DNA of 64,000 bases from a plasmid. The stretch lies in sequence record NZ_CP084508.1. The stretch is one strand, 5' to 3'. The notes below the pieces were generated by a model that made no database searches, was not told the DNA's origin, and worked only from the letters and a program-made list of their open reading frames with translations. This document shows, piece after piece, positions 9,138 to 19,421 of the stretch (position 1 is its first letter; each line of letters opens with the position of its first letter). Both the position numbers and the translations under genes were made by a program.

Positions 9138-9595
9138 GATGCTAGCTCTACGATAGTTAGCTGTCAATGCAATTAATTTGATTGCAATCAAAATTTCAAC
9201 CGATGTGAATGGGAGGGAGCGTTCAGTCAACCCCTTGATCCAATGGGTGAGCCGTGCGCAAGTAGCATCTTTGAATGCCGCAAAGCGGCATGGAGGCGCC
9301 AACAGATGTTGAATAGAACACTGTCAGTGACTGGCGCCGTCGCCCGGCGCAGCCGGTTACTGTCTTGATAGGTTTCACCTTACCCATCCCTTGCCCTGTA
9401 AAGCCATAATCCGCTAACAGAGAGCGTAGATGTGAATGTGCGCCGTCGGAGTGGTCACGACAAGGCGTAGCCGTAGTCGGGGCGTATCTCCGCGTTAGCG
9501 GGCCGTTAGGGCCGCTTACGGGCGTGTTATACCGAACTTTTCAGGCGCAGTATTCCTAACAGCAGCGATTAATTTTAGTTACAACATCCATTATT

Positions 9596-9646
9596 AAAAG
9601 CGACATCATCCCGGCCCAGAGGGCCGGGGCGCCGTCGCTTTTCAGT
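9596..9646. terminator. Bidirectional rho-independent terminator-like hairpin
   Basis: aaaagcgacatcatcccggcccagagggccggggcgccgtcgcttttcag: a GC-rich stem flanked by A-run and T-run, so it reads as a hairpin plus U-tract on both strands. Confidence 0.4.
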
Positions 9647-10139
9647 GGTGGGATGGGCGTTGGTGTTTCTGCTGGGCGCGGTACTGATGGTGAGTTTGGC
9701 GGTGGTGTTTAGCTAGGCTGAGTTTGGGGCCCATCGCAACGCGATGGGAGGTACTTTTTAGATGTTGTTGCCGGTTGGCTTTGGTGTTGCCAGGGAAGGG
9801 TTTGTGCCCGAGTGAAACGAGGGAGCTACCATCGAGAGCAGCCGTAAGGCTAGCTCGATGCTTACTCCCTTTTTTAAAAAGGGCTTTTGTTCAGAAACAA
9901 CGTTCGAAATTAACGATGATATTGGGTACCTCTTCGAAGTTAATCTGTTACTTCGAATTTAACTGTTTATTTCCTGTGCTATAGGGGTAGGCCAAGTTGG
10001 CCATCACCGAAAATCTGTGAATATCGAAGAGAGAGGGGGTGAATAACGCTCAAAATCCGTGCTATTTATCAACTACAGGGCAAGCGAGGGCCTCGCGTTG
10101 ATAGACGAAAACTCGACGGATTAAAGGGGGGGGGAAGGT

Positions 10140-11072
10140 TTAGATTTTAAAGGCACCGGTACGCTCAAGCAGCAACTTGTAGAACGCCTCCGCGTCCTGC
10201 TGCAGCAGTCCAGGGTACTCACGTTTAAGGATTTCCTGTAGCTGCAGCAACTGGATTGGCGTCATCGCGCCGGTGATCGACCACTGCGTAAACTGCTGAT
10301 AGTAGCTGTGCGTTTTCCGCTTGGCCAGCTGCCGGATGTTCTGGTTGGTCTCATCCAATTGTTGCTCCAGCGCCGAGCGTTGCGCCAAGGTTTGCTCTAT
10401 CGTGGCCACAGCCTGAGCCTTATCCCGTGCCAAGTCCGGGCTGACCACCCAGCGCTTGATTTGGCGCAGCCGGTTACGCAATGAGTGACGGGATTTCAGG
10501 TCAATACCGATACGCTCAATGTGCACCAGGTGTTTTTCATAGCGTTGGCGCAGTGTCTCCGTCAGACCGTTCTTCATCGCCCAACGCTTGAATTTGCCCA
10601 GCCAGTCACGTATTTCATCGACCTGGATACCGCGCGAAGTAAAGAACGTCTCGGATAGCCAGATACGCAGCGGCTTGTTCTGGCCACTGTCGCTGTCCTG
10701 GGTATGCAGCACAATGACATAGCCCAGCTGCTCCATCACCGAGAGGGCATGCAAGGCAACGTCGTAAGCTTTGCGACCGCTCTCGTAAACGTGCAGTACC
10801 CCCATCGCCGAGGCGATTTGCTCAAACGGTACCATCACTTCGAAGGGATAGTCGCTATCCGGGTTGTAATCCGTGTGTGCAGCCAATGCCTGGGAGAGAA
10901 CCGTTAACGCTTCACGGCTCTCTGAGCGTGTGCTGATCCGCATCGGTTTGGGCACAAAATTCGGATCATGACGATAGGCATAGGGAATATATCCCCGCTG
11001 GCGCAGGGCAATCAGATCGCCATTGCGATTCCAATCGTGACGGCTAATCCGTGCCACGACTTTTGACGCCAT
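10140..11072 (-). CDS. repA: Plasmid replication initiator RepA (IncFII RepA-family fold); start codon uncertain, ORF open to 11216
   Basis: It lies directly downstream of finO, as the RepFII replicon does in F-like plasmids. The central winged-helix-like segment (FEQIASAMGVLHVYESGRKAYDVALHALSVMEQLGYV) and the basic C-terminal region resemble IncFII/pCD1-type RepA. The first 48 codons of the ORF probably overlap leader/antisense-RNA control sequences. Confidence 0.5.
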   Translation of the reverse strand: MASKVVARISRHDWNRNGDLIALRQRGYIPYAYRHDPNFVPKPMRISTRSESREALTVLSQALAAHTDYNPDSDYPFEVMVPFEQIASAMGVLHVYESGRKAYDVALHALSVMEQLGYVIVLHTQDSDSGQNKPLRIWLSETFFTSRGIQVDEIRDWLGKFKRWAMKNGLTETLRQRYEKHLVHIERIGIDLKSRHSLRNRLRQIKRWVVSPDLARDKAQAVATIEQTLAQRSALEQQLDETNQNIRQLAKRKTHSYYQQFTQWSITGAMTPIQLLQLQEILKREYPGLLQQDAEAFYKLLLERTGAFKI

Positions 11073-11623
11073 ACCACGCGAAACGGCACAACACAGTTTC
11101 GGCTGATAGCGGCGATGGATTTTAGGCTGTCCCTTACGGGCCGCATTGGCCGCACCCCGCCGATTTGGCGAGTGGGACAGGTTATCGGCAATCGACGGAG
11201 AAAGGTTGCTATACACCCCGCCCTGCGCTTATGTTGCGCGGACAGAGTACGGAGCACAGAAAGGATTGCAGTTTTCCGAGCATGGCTTTATACTCCCTGC
11301 ATAGAGCAACAGCTTCTATGCAGCATTGTAGTGAGCCCCGTTAGTCTTCTTCTAGTCGCCAAACCTGGGAAGATTATCGGGGTTTTCGCTTTTCTGGCGC
11401 GGAGTAACGTCCCCCTCACCAGCTCCCTGCCACCTTGCGGCGTGGCCCGCCATGAATTCGTCTGTCTGTATCCTGCCCTCGCCCCTCATCATCAGTGATG
11501 ATGAGGGGGCAGAAACAGCGCTTCTCGCAAGAATACTACAGACAACCCAAAAAATTAACCTGTTTTCGGTCTGTTTTGGCGTACAGACGGCAACAGGATC
11601 AGAATGATGCATAAAAGGCGGCA

Positions 11624-12157
11624 TCACCTGGCAGTCGTTCGAGCCTGAAGATAATGGTGTACATGCTGGACGAGTACCTCGGGATCATCTCCTCGCCATA
11701 ACGGTATCTGTGCCTGACGAAAAATTTCGTTGAGCACGATATCGCGCCGTATACGCTTTGCTTGTTGATGCGTTGCATCATCCAGCTCAATCGCCGCAAT
11801 AATGTGACCTGTTTTTCGCTCAATAACCACGACATCACAATGCCACTGTGAAATAAGCCGGAATAAACACCACCATTGACGGCTACCTTTTTTCCAGGTT
11901 GACGAAACCTCAACAATATCGGCGACACGAACCTGGAGACAAAAATACCAGTGATGTGCGCCAGTCGCCGGCGATAACGCGGAAAAGAAGGCATATTCAC
12001 GCGCGGTCATCAATTGTGGCTTGGCCGTAAAGGAACAGTAATCTATCCGATTCTTTCGGCTTGATACCCGCCGCCAGCAGAGCGCGTAATAAGGGATGAG
12101 CCTGCTTTCTGCCTTGCACCGATAGCCAGATGATAAATAATAAAATGAATAGGGCAA
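11624..12157 (-). CDS. DUF2726-family (NERD/PD-(D/E)XK-like) protein, apparently frameshifted away from its N-terminal TM segment
   Basis: KPQLMTAREYAFFSAL...VRVADIVEV...HCDVVVIERKTGHIIAAIELDDATHQQ..RIRRDIVLNEIFRQAQIPLWR matches the DUF2726 core. A typical N-terminal TM helix (IIVFFIFLGLALFILLFIIWLSV) is encoded in a different frame (ORF 11997..12281). Confidence 0.4.
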   Translation of the reverse strand: MPYSFYYLSSGYRCKAESRLIPYYALCWRRVSSRKNRIDYCSFTAKPQLMTAREYAFFSALSPATGAHHWYFCLQVRVADIVEVSSTWKKGSRQWWCLFRLISQWHCDVVVIERKTGHIIAAIELDDATHQQAKRIRRDIVLNEIFRQAQIPLWRGDDPEVLVQHVHHYLQARTTAR

Positions 12158-12399
12158 GCCCTAAGAAGATAAAAAACACGATTATTCTCCGATTGGCCAC
12201 TATTTGCATGCAGTCGCTATCTTGTCGCCAAATAATAAAGCGATAATGGCAACCATAAAATAACGGCAGTAATAATTTCATTATGAAAACTTACATTTTG
12301 TAAAATGCAAAAAGACTAACGCCCTGCGGTTGTTCAATTGCGTTCACTCCCCGATATAAAATCAGGGCGCGAACACAATTTTATAAAATATAAATAGAA

Positions 12400-13020
12400 C
12401 TAAATGCTGTTAGCAGGTGTTGATTTTCGCCGTTGATAGGATTCAATCCGGGCACACGCGTACTGTTGTTCCTCCTCCGTGATCGTGGCAACCGGCTGGC
12501 CATCAATGCCATAGCGGGAAGCTCCGACAACCATACTGCGCAAATAGGTCGTCGAGCGCGTAATACGTTTCAGGCAACGGCGCAGCTGTTTGCGTGACAA
12601 GGGCAGCGCGCGCGTAGCAATGTCGGCCAGCAACGCATCCCGTAACCCGACTTGCAGCAAACGCGGCTTGTCCCCCTCAAACAGCCCAGGCCAGTGGGGT
12701 TTCATCAGGGCAACGGCCTCCGCCAATGGCATCAATACCACCCCTTTCGGCGGCTTCGGTGGGCATTTTTTATCCTGCTTGGCCGGGGCTGCGGGTGGCG
12801 GGGTGAGAGTCGGCGCTTTTGCTGGCGCCCGTTTTGCCTCTTTCGCCTGCTTTTGTGCCGCCAGTTTCTGCTTCTTCACCTTCCAGGGAGGTGGCGTGTT
12901 CACCACCACCACTTTCTTACGATGGACAACCACCGGGGCGGTATCCGATGTCACTGCAGGTGTTTCTTCAACGGGTCGTTTACGCTTCAGACTCAATGTT
13001 GGCCGCTTCTCTGTATTCAT
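12400..13020 (-). CDS. finO: Fertility inhibition protein FinO (ProQ/FinO RNA chaperone)
   Basis: 206 aa with a basic N-terminus (PPPWKVKKQKLAAQKQAKEAKRA) and C-terminal MKPHWPGLFEGDKPRLLQVGLRDALLADIATRALPLSRKQLRRCLKRITRSTTYLRSMVVGASRYGIDG, colinear with F/R100 FinO. Confidence 0.85.
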   Translation of the reverse strand: MNTEKRPTLSLKRKRPVEETPAVTSDTAPVVVHRKKVVVVNTPPPWKVKKQKLAAQKQAKEAKRAPAKAPTLTPPPAAPAKQDKKCPPKPPKGVVLMPLAEAVALMKPHWPGLFEGDKPRLLQVGLRDALLADIATRALPLSRKQLRRCLKRITRSTTYLRSMVVGASRYGIDGQPVATITEEEQQYACARIESYQRRKSTPANSI

Positions 13021-13033
13021 CTTATCTCCCTGT

Positions 13034-13759
13034 TCACATCACACTGGCCACACAACTCAATACAGCCAGATGTACCGTATATGTCACCACAAAAAAATGT
13101 GAGGGCCAAAACCGCTCTTGACCAGACCATCGCAGGCCCCCCTGCGCGGCAGCTACACTCAGCACCAGGCCACTCACCGCCGCTGCCCAACTGATATTAA
13201 CATTCAACATCAGAACACTCAGTCCCCACAGCAGGGCAACCAGCCGGCGCTCCGCTGCCGCCATTGGCACAAAAAGGTAGCGGCAGGCCACTAACATCAC
13301 GACGCCCGCCAGATCATAGCTTGTCAGAGAGAAGGGAAGCCAAATCAGGGTAAGCCCTGTCGCTGCCAGTACCCCCTTGATCCCCTGTCGTTGCTCAAAC
13401 CAGCGTAAGGCTTGCCCGGTGACCGCGAACACAAACAGGATATTCCCTTGCCACCACGGGAACCCGGCCAACAGATACGCAGGTTGGGCGATCATCGCCC
13501 AACACCACAGGGCGTTGAGATTCGACTGGCGTATGCCGGCATGCCTGGCCAGATTGTACCCCCACACCAGCCCAAACAGCGGAAAGGCCCCGCGCCCCAG
13601 CCACAGCATGACCTCACTGTGCAAGCCAAAGATCTGGTTAGCATGGTCAAGCACCATCAACAATAATGCGACCCCTTTGAGCACATCACATTGCCCAGCA
13701 CTCCACTGCCAGCGACAGGCCAATCCCTGAAAAACTGACGGCATCACATCCACTCTCAT
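13034..13759 (-). CDS. traX: F-pilin N-acetyltransferase TraX
   Basis: Polytopic membrane protein with the TraX signature (VLKGVALLLMVLDHANQIF). It lies immediately downstream of traI, overlapping its 3' end. The start ATG at 13757-13759 has a GGAG RBS. Confidence 0.8.
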   Translation of the reverse strand: MRVDVMPSVFQGLACRWQWSAGQCDVLKGVALLLMVLDHANQIFGLHSEVMLWLGRGAFPLFGLVWGYNLARHAGIRQSNLNALWCWAMIAQPAYLLAGFPWWQGNILFVFAVTGQALRWFEQRQGIKGVLAATGLTLIWLPFSLTSYDLAGVVMLVACRYLFVPMAAAERRLVALLWGLSVLMLNVNISWAAAVSGLVLSVAAAQGGLRWSGQERFWPSHFFVVTYTVHLAVLSCVASVM

Positions 13760-13841
13760 TGAACGTCTCCTCTTGGCCTGGGGTGGCACCCTGATTTTAA
13801 TCGGGGTGTTTCCCCAGGCTGACAAACCGCATCGCGGTGCG

Positions 13842-16800
13842 TCAGTCCCCGGCCAGGGTCTTGTCGCGTACCAGCTCACGCTCCATCTGCTGTAAGCGCT
13901 CCCGCTGTAAATTCTCGGCAACCCGCTCAACGGCGGACTGTTGGTGATCCGGTAAGGTCGGCAGCGTATCCGCCGGGTGCCGTTCCTGTTCGACGCCGCC
14001 TTTGACCACCTCATCGACAATCTGCCGCATTTTCTCTGGCGCCACATCATCGGGCGTGGGCTTCTCTTTTTGCCCCAGCATTTCCCGCGCCGTTTTCTCG
14101 GCCTGCTTCTCCAGGGCGACCCGCGCGGCCTCCTCCGACTGGCGCAAGGCCAGGATCTCGGGCGCTAACCTGGCTGCTTCCCCCGATATGCCTTGTCCGG
14201 TTTCCCCCGCATCAGCCCAAACGCGCCCGCCGGTCATCGCCCCCGGATTCCAGGGAACCCCTTCCCCCTGCAGGCGAACCACAATGCCGTCATCAGGAAA
14301 GCGGGCGGCCAGCTTTACCCCCTCCTCAATGCCTGCGGCCAGTCGGCTCTCGCCATTTCGACTGGCCTGTAACGCGACAAACCGTGCCGCTGTACTGCCA
14401 AAAAGACGCCCCTCTCTCGGCAATACCACCGCAGCCGGTTTATCCCCTTGCGATAAAGAACTCAGCCAGGCGCCCGCCGCCTTGCCGTTTTCATCAAATG
14501 CCGGAAACGCCACATGGGGCTGCGGGTATTTTCGCCCGGGTGCGACAAACCTGGCCAATGAGGTGCCCGCATCCAATCCGTCCTGTTTCAAGACTGCGCG
14601 CCCTGCCGCCCCCGCAGACAACGGTACGGCCTGCGCGAGCAGGCGTGCCGCGTTATCGGCAGTACGCTCGCCACGGGGTTGTAAAATCTCATGTGCTGTT
14701 GCCCCGCGATCGGCTTTCTGGATAGCCGTTACCCACGCCTCACGGTTATCGGTATAAACCTGTACATGCTGCTTGGCGCGCGACAGGGCCACGTAAGCCG
14801 AAGCGTGGTTGACCATCTGCCGACGCCCGCCCGCTGTCCCCTCAAGGGCAATGGCAAAGGATTCACTCGCCCCTTGGGCACCATGTGCCGTGATGGCATA
14901 GGCCAGATCAATATGGCGCTCTGCCTGATCGATAGCAGGATGAACAACCCGCGTCGCATTGCCATTGGTCAAGGTGACACTGTCACCCTCTATCGCACTG
15001 ATCGTCCAGGTACTGTTGGCCACAAAGCCTCGCTCACTATCACTTTTTGAAAACCGCATACGATCACCGACGCTGACCGTGATCGTATCAGACCGGTAGA
15101 GCGTGACCCCCTCCCGTACCGCTTCCTGGGGGGAGAGGACGCGCTGACGCCCTGTCTCATCCTGCAAGGTCACCAACTGATTTTTTTCATCCACCTCAAC
15201 AATACGGTGATAGGTATTGTCCAGGAGCGGGCGCGTATCCTGATGCGTTTTCCAGGTGCTAAGACGCCGCAACGCTCCCTCCGGGATGTTGGCGCTCACC
15301 AGGATAGGCAGCGTTCGCTCTCCGCCCGATAGCTCCCCGCTGGCCACCCGCGCATCATGGATCAAGGCATTCACTGCGCGCCGATCCTGGTTCAAATGCG
15401 TGATGATCAACGTATTGTCTCGTGCCTGGGGTGTCCGGCCGAGATAGTCCGCCACAATGGCATCATGGAGCGTCGCCGGAACGGTTGGGGACAACGTTGC
15501 CGATACCACGTCAACGCCATCCGGTGATGCGTCAGGCTCTTTCTTTATCTCCATGACAGAGCTGGGCGGAAACCAGGCCTGCGCCTGGCGGGGGACCTGC
15601 TGTGGGCTAACCCGCTCTACCGTCTCCAATGCGCCCGCCACATCACGAGCAATCAGGCTATAGACCGCCGGCCGCAACTCGGGCGTTTGCCGCACAATCT
15701 CTTTCATGATGGCCACATCCGCCGCACTGCGCGTCTGTTGCAAATGAAACGGCTGTCCAGGTGCAATAGCCTGCAGCTGATCCGTATCACCACTGGCCAC
15801 TGCGCGTCCGCCCCCAGCGGCAATCAAGGCATAAGCGCTGGCCATATCGCTGTTACCCAGCATCGAGCTTTCATCGATCAAAAACAGCGTATTGGAAAAA
15901 TCCGCCACTTCACCTTGCTGTTGGGCCTGACGGGTATCAAACAGGAAGGAAGCCAGGGTTTGTGACTCAACGCCCGCCGCCAGCATCTCGCCCACCGCCC
16001 GATGCGTCGGCCCCAACCCCACCACCCGGGGGCGCGCCGTCTCCGGCAGAGTGGCGATGGCCGACATCACGGCGCGGAACTGGGTCGTTTTCCCGACGCC
16101 GGCATACCCTTGTACCACGGTAAAACGATCGGGTGTCTCCAGGATCATGCGGGTCGCCGCCTGTTGCCCCGCCGTCAGCCCCGCCAGATGTGACTCAGGG
16201 ACGTTAGCCATCAGCGGCGTCACCGCCGCTTTTCCCTCTGCAATATGGCGGAGAATACTTTTTTCCGCCTCAAACGTGGCGCGTGATACCAGCAAATCGT
16301 TCCCATGACCCGGCGCTGAATCCACCGATATCAAGGCCCCCTCCCGAATTTGCGTCTGGATAGTGTCCGCTAAAACGGAGAGAGGCACCTGCCCGCCCGC
16401 CACCTCCTGAGCCTGGGCCAATAGCGATACGCGAGAAAAGGCGAGTGATCCTCCTTCCCGCTCCAACACCGGAACCGCCAGATGGAGAGCCTGCTGTACC
16501 GGCGTATGCAGGGCTACCCGCTGACGGGTTAGGGCTTCCTCTAAACCTGCCTGGCCCGCGACCTGCTTGAGATGGGTTGTCACCGTAGAAAAAGCCGGGT
16601 GCCGCCCCAGGCGGGCAGCCACCTTATCTTCAGCCTGCGCGCTGTACAGGCGAATGCGGCTACCACTGCGCGCCAGGCGGTTCAGGGTGCCCTGATTCAA
16701 ATCATTGTGTGCCACTGCCGCCAATACCTGCGCCTTATCATTCACCGAGCGGCCCAGGCCCTCCACATAGCCGTATGCCACCTTGATAGCGGTAAAGGGG

Positions 16801-19079
16801 GTCTTCCCCACCGCCAGGCGCTGCATCTGCCCCTGACGTTCGACCTGTATTCCCGCCTCATCAGCCTGCTGTACCTGCAGACTGTCCCCCGCCCGCCAGG
16901 TCAGTCCCTCCATTTTCCCCAGCACGCGCAGTTGCTCCCCCGAACTGACCGCCAGCGTCTGCGGCTGATACAGTGACCAACGGCTGTCCAGGGATGAAAG
17001 ACGCAGCGTCTGCATCTCCCCCTGTTCATCCCGTAAGGTCAGGGTATGGCTGCGCGCGGTGACACGATCGATGACATAACGGGTCGCCGTTTTGCTCTCG
17101 GCATCCCAACGCTCCATCACCATTCCCGCGCGATAGGTGTCACGGGAAAGCCGGTTTTTGCTGTCCAGCCAGACCGGCTCAAGCGCCATCAATGTCGTGT
17201 CATTCTGGCCCAATGCACCCTGCGTTTTCATGGCACTGCGGATCGCCCGGGTAAGGTGTTGTTGATCGGTCGGCCCACTGACCTGTGCCACCACCGGATC
17301 ACCCGCTTGCCGTGCCGCCACGTAATCGTCGGCTAAACGAGCAAAGCGGGACGGTTTGTCAGGCTCACTCAGGATCTGCGTTTCCACGGGCGCCGTTTGC
17401 GCATAGTGCAGGGTATCAATACCGCTCTCGCGCAGTACACTCAAGGCATTGCCGGTCGCTTGCCGCTGGGCGGTATCGAGGATCAACAGTTGAACATTGT
17501 TGCGCAGCGCCCCATCCAGCAACGTGACGGTCTCTTTTAAGGTCAGCTTTTCCCCTTCCGTCACAATCAGGGTACTGTTTGGGGTAAATGCCATGCCGTC
17601 GTTGAGCACACGTTGCGGGAATATCGCCGCCTGGCCCAGCTCCGCATCCTGTTGTAAAAAACGCTGTGATTTGGCGTCGGATACCAGGATTTGCACCTCG
17701 CGTCCCAACGCCTGGGTCGCCTGCACCAACTCAGACACTCGCTGGCGCTGCACGCCGGCACCACCGGGACTGGCTAACATGGCGAGCGGAGGACGCTCGG
17801 TCATCACCTGTTGCGCCAGCGGACTGTAATCATGCCGGGAGGCCGATGACGCCATTGCGCCCACCGTAACGTGCCCTTGCTCCCCCAGGCTCTGGCCCAG
17901 CGTTCGCACGGAGAGCTCATCCAGCACATGAATATCGGAGGTGAATACCCCTTTTTCACGATCTAACGGAATGAGTTGCTGTTGCTCGATGGCGTGATCA
18001 ATACCGGCACGCGCCCGGGCAATCACCCCGTCGTTGGCGGGCAGGAGACTGACCGTGGCGGCCAGCATGTCCGAATAGGTAAACTGCACCTTACGCTCAC
18101 TGAGTTGGGATATCGCCTGGCGCACCGTTTTAGCCATATCAACAGCCGCAGGATCAGCGGGCGCAGGGACTTGCCCTTGCGTCACCCGTTGTGCTGCGGC
18201 CTCCCGATACCCCTGGATATCAAATCCGGTCGATTTGAGGGTCGCCATCCATTCCGCCATCTTCTCGGTCGGATCGATAGCCGTCTTCGCTTTACGGGTA
18301 TCGAGTGCGGCCACATCGCGGGATTTCAACGAGGCGTCCGCCCCGACCGCCTCCTGGATGGCCTGACTACGATGGGAGAAGGCTTCCACCGGCACATTTT
18401 TCATCTCCCACAGGCCATGTTTGCCGACCACCTCAACCTGATAGCCCATCGCCTCGACCTCGCTGCGCAAGGCCTGGTTATAGATCTTGCCAATCGCAAT
18501 CCGATTCGCCAGGATATTTTCAGAAAAACCAGTTTTCCCCACCGTATCACTGCTTAACGCCTGCCACTTATCACCATTTCGAGTCGCATTGAGCACCACA
18601 CTATGCGTATGCAGCTGTGGGTCCTGATCGCGCGAGGTGTCATGATTAAAGCGGGCAATGATAAGATTACCGGTGAGAACCGTCTCTGAGACGCCATCCC
18701 GCATTGAGCGCGTGGAAGCTAGGGCCTCCGCCTGCCTCAGGGCCACATCCACCGCCCGGTTATGGGCATCAATCAGGCGCCGATCGCCGCCCAGCATGGC
18801 CATCATCGAGACGCTTTTCGGCGCCGAGAAGGTCAGGTCATAACCGGGGCGATGTTTATTCACACCGTTCTCCAGGCGCGAGAGATCAGCACCATCGGGC
18901 AGCCGTCCGTGCAATAACTGGGTAAAAACCGCCTTATCGACAGCGCCTGATAGCCCCAGCTGTTTGGCCCCCTCGCCATACCAGTGGTCATCCATGCTGC
19001 CCAGCACGTAATAGTTATCTTTGTCGGTGTAATATCCGCTGGCATTGCTGGCTGATTTTACCTGGCTGAAGCTCATCAT
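13842..19079 (-). CDS. traI: Relaxase/helicase TraI (MOBF)
   Basis: 1745 aa, colinear with F TraI: N-terminal relaxase (MMSFSQVKSA.NASGYYTDKDNYYVLGS...HTHSVV), two helicase/Walker modules (GYAGVGKTT) and the C-terminal domain ending ERLQQMERELVRDKTLAGD. Confidence 0.95.
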   Translation of the reverse strand: MMSFSQVKSASNASGYYTDKDNYYVLGSMDDHWYGEGAKQLGLSGAVDKAVFTQLLHGRLPDGADLSRLENGVNKHRPGYDLTFSAPKSVSMMAMLGGDRRLIDAHNRAVDVALRQAEALASTRSMRDGVSETVLTGNLIIARFNHDTSRDQDPQLHTHSVVLNATRNGDKWQALSSDTVGKTGFSENILANRIAIGKIYNQALRSEVEAMGYQVEVVGKHGLWEMKNVPVEAFSHRSQAIQEAVGADASLKSRDVAALDTRKAKTAIDPTEKMAEWMATLKSTGFDIQGYREAAAQRVTQGQVPAPADPAAVDMAKTVRQAISQLSERKVQFTYSDMLAATVSLLPANDGVIARARAGIDHAIEQQQLIPLDREKGVFTSDIHVLDELSVRTLGQSLGEQGHVTVGAMASSASRHDYSPLAQQVMTERPPLAMLASPGGAGVQRQRVSELVQATQALGREVQILVSDAKSQRFLQQDAELGQAAIFPQRVLNDGMAFTPNSTLIVTEGEKLTLKETVTLLDGALRNNVQLLILDTAQRQATGNALSVLRESGIDTLHYAQTAPVETQILSEPDKPSRFARLADDYVAARQAGDPVVAQVSGPTDQQHLTRAIRSAMKTQGALGQNDTTLMALEPVWLDSKNRLSRDTYRAGMVMERWDAESKTATRYVIDRVTARSHTLTLRDEQGEMQTLRLSSLDSRWSLYQPQTLAVSSGEQLRVLGKMEGLTWRAGDSLQVQQADEAGIQVERQGQMQRLAVGKTPFTAIKVAYGYVEGLGRSVNDKAQVLAAVAHNDLNQGTLNRLARSGSRIRLYSAQAEDKVAARLGRHPAFSTVTTHLKQVAGQAGLEEALTRQRVALHTPVQQALHLAVPVLEREGGSLAFSRVSLLAQAQEVAGGQVPLSVLADTIQTQIREGALISVDSAPGHGNDLLVSRATFEAEKSILRHIAEGKAAVTPLMANVPESHLAGLTAGQQAATRMILETPDRFTVVQGYAGVGKTTQFRAVMSAIATLPETARPRVVGLGPTHRAVGEMLAAGVESQTLASFLFDTRQAQQQGEVADFSNTLFLIDESSMLGNSDMASAYALIAAGGGRAVASGDTDQLQAIAPGQPFHLQQTRSAADVAIMKEIVRQTPELRPAVYSLIARDVAGALETVERVSPQQVPRQAQAWFPPSSVMEIKKEPDASPDGVDVVSATLSPTVPATLHDAIVADYLGRTPQARDNTLIITHLNQDRRAVNALIHDARVASGELSGGERTLPILVSANIPEGALRRLSTWKTHQDTRPLLDNTYHRIVEVDEKNQLVTLQDETGRQRVLSPQEAVREGVTLYRSDTITVSVGDRMRFSKSDSERGFVANSTWTISAIEGDSVTLTNGNATRVVHPAIDQAERHIDLAYAITAHGAQGASESFAIALEGTAGGRRQMVNHASAYVALSRAKQHVQVYTDNREAWVTAIQKADRGATAHEILQPRGERTADNAARLLAQAVPLSAGAAGRAVLKQDGLDAGTSLARFVAPGRKYPQPHVAFPAFDENGKAAGAWLSSLSQGDKPAAVVLPREGRLFGSTAARFVALQASRNGESRLAAGIEEGVKLAARFPDDGIVVRLQGEGVPWNPGAMTGGRVWADAGETGQGISGEAARLAPEILALRQSEEAARVALEKQAEKTAREMLGQKEKPTPDDVAPEKMRQIVDEVVKGGVEQERHPADTLPTLPDHQQSAVERVAENLQRERLQQMERELVRDKTLAGD

Positions 19080-19193
19080 GATGGCAGCCCCCTCTCAAGG
19101 CGAGCAATCCTCCACCACGTATATCCCTTTGACATATCCAAAGAGATGCACCATAGTGGATATACATGAGGTATATCCATATGGAGGTGCACG

Positions 19194-19421
19194 ATGGAGA
19201 CAACCGTTTTTCTCAGTAACCGCAGCCAGGCAGTCAGATTGCCAAAGGCCGTTGCCTTGCCCGGTGATGTCAAGCGGGTTGATGTGGTTGCCGTAGGACG
19301 AGCCCGCATCATTACGCCTGCAGGAGAGTCCTGGGATAGCTGGTTTGAGGGTGAAGGCGTCAGTGCGGATTTTATGGCTAGCAGAGAGCAGCCCCAGGGA
19401 CAGGAGCGTGAAGAGTTCTGA
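19194..19421 (+). CDS. vapB: VapB antitoxin (AbrB/SpoVT-type)
   Basis: 75 aa METTVFLSNRSQAVRLPKAVALPGDVKRVDVVAVGRARIITPAG.SWDSWFEG. The stop overlaps the vapC start (ATGA). Confidence 0.75.
   Translation: METTVFLSNRSQAVRLPKAVALPGDVKRVDVVAVGRARIITPAGESWDSWFEGEGVSADFMASREQPQGQEREEF

Noticed and set aside
9042-9302. ORF 86 aa overlapping the colicin promoter/SOS palindrome
   Set aside because: It spans the palindrome and promoter of the bacteriocin gene and has no RBS. Its start is inside the colicin N-terminal coding region.
11012-11498. ORFs 11012..11257 (minus) and 11115..11498 (plus) around the repA 5' end
   Set aside because: They overlap the repA N-terminus or leader in alternative frames and have basic/Cys-rich unnatural composition. 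The region is expected to encode regulatory RNAs rather than these proteins.
13977-18925. Many plus-strand ORFs of 60-250 aa antisense to traI (e.g. 14002..14757, 17976..18557, 16572..16976)
   Set aside because: They are antisense to a strongly supported 1745-aa gene with GC-rich frame artefacts, have no RBS, and show low-complexity composition.
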